Shown here one piece after another: positions 63,914 through 64,000 of a stretch of 64,000 bases of DNA (position 1 is the stretch's first letter; each line of letters begins with the position of its first letter). The stretch spans positions 16,244,001 through 16,308,000 of the forward strand of contig CM075989.1 of the NCBI GenBank assembly GCA_038087875.1, written 5' to 3'. Below the pieces are notes generated by a model, which saw only the letters and a program-made list of their open reading frames with translations, did no database searches and was not told the origin of the DNA. A program made the position numbers and the translations under genes. This DNA is from Malacoraja senta. Taxonomy: Eukaryota.

Positions 63914-64000
63914 CTATTATAGTAAAGTAAAACAAGCTTTTAAAAATCTAGCATTACATTAGCAATAATGGAAATTTTAAAAATAGTAGGCAAAATAACT

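Noticed and set aside
1-64000. tRNA, rRNA, snoRNA, CRISPR or prokaryotic systems
   Set aside because: None recognised; the only tRNA-like sequence is a decayed SINE head. A covariance-model scan would be needed to exclude snoRNAs.

Overview
Eukaryotic genomic DNA, inferred to be from a cartilaginous fish (probably a skate/ray) from an HE1-like V-SINE and the CR1/Rex/Penelope repeat landscape. Two convergent genes: the last three coding exons and 3' UTR of MINDY2 (+, stop at 7520), and 20 coding exons of SLTM (-, 63913 to stop at 16653). The SLTM exons splice by hand into one open frame of 3018 nt with consistent phases; the SAP-domain first exon is beyond the window. Introns are filled with CR1 and Rex/L2-type LINE fragments, Penelope-like elements whose termini carry minimal hammerhead motifs, two Tc1 copies, Harbinger and hAT-type MITEs and a non-autonomous Helitron. 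The most striking unannotated signal is a complete 54-nt minimal HDV-like ribozyme fold (37673-37620, -). It forms the exact 5' end of a ~139-bp, TSD-flanked, (AAG)n-tailed retroelement and lies on the sense strand of an SLTM intron. Several candidate poison or alternative exons in SLTM are also noted. Most short ORFs in the supplied track are spurious. Gene and family identities come from recalled sequence features, not database searches.
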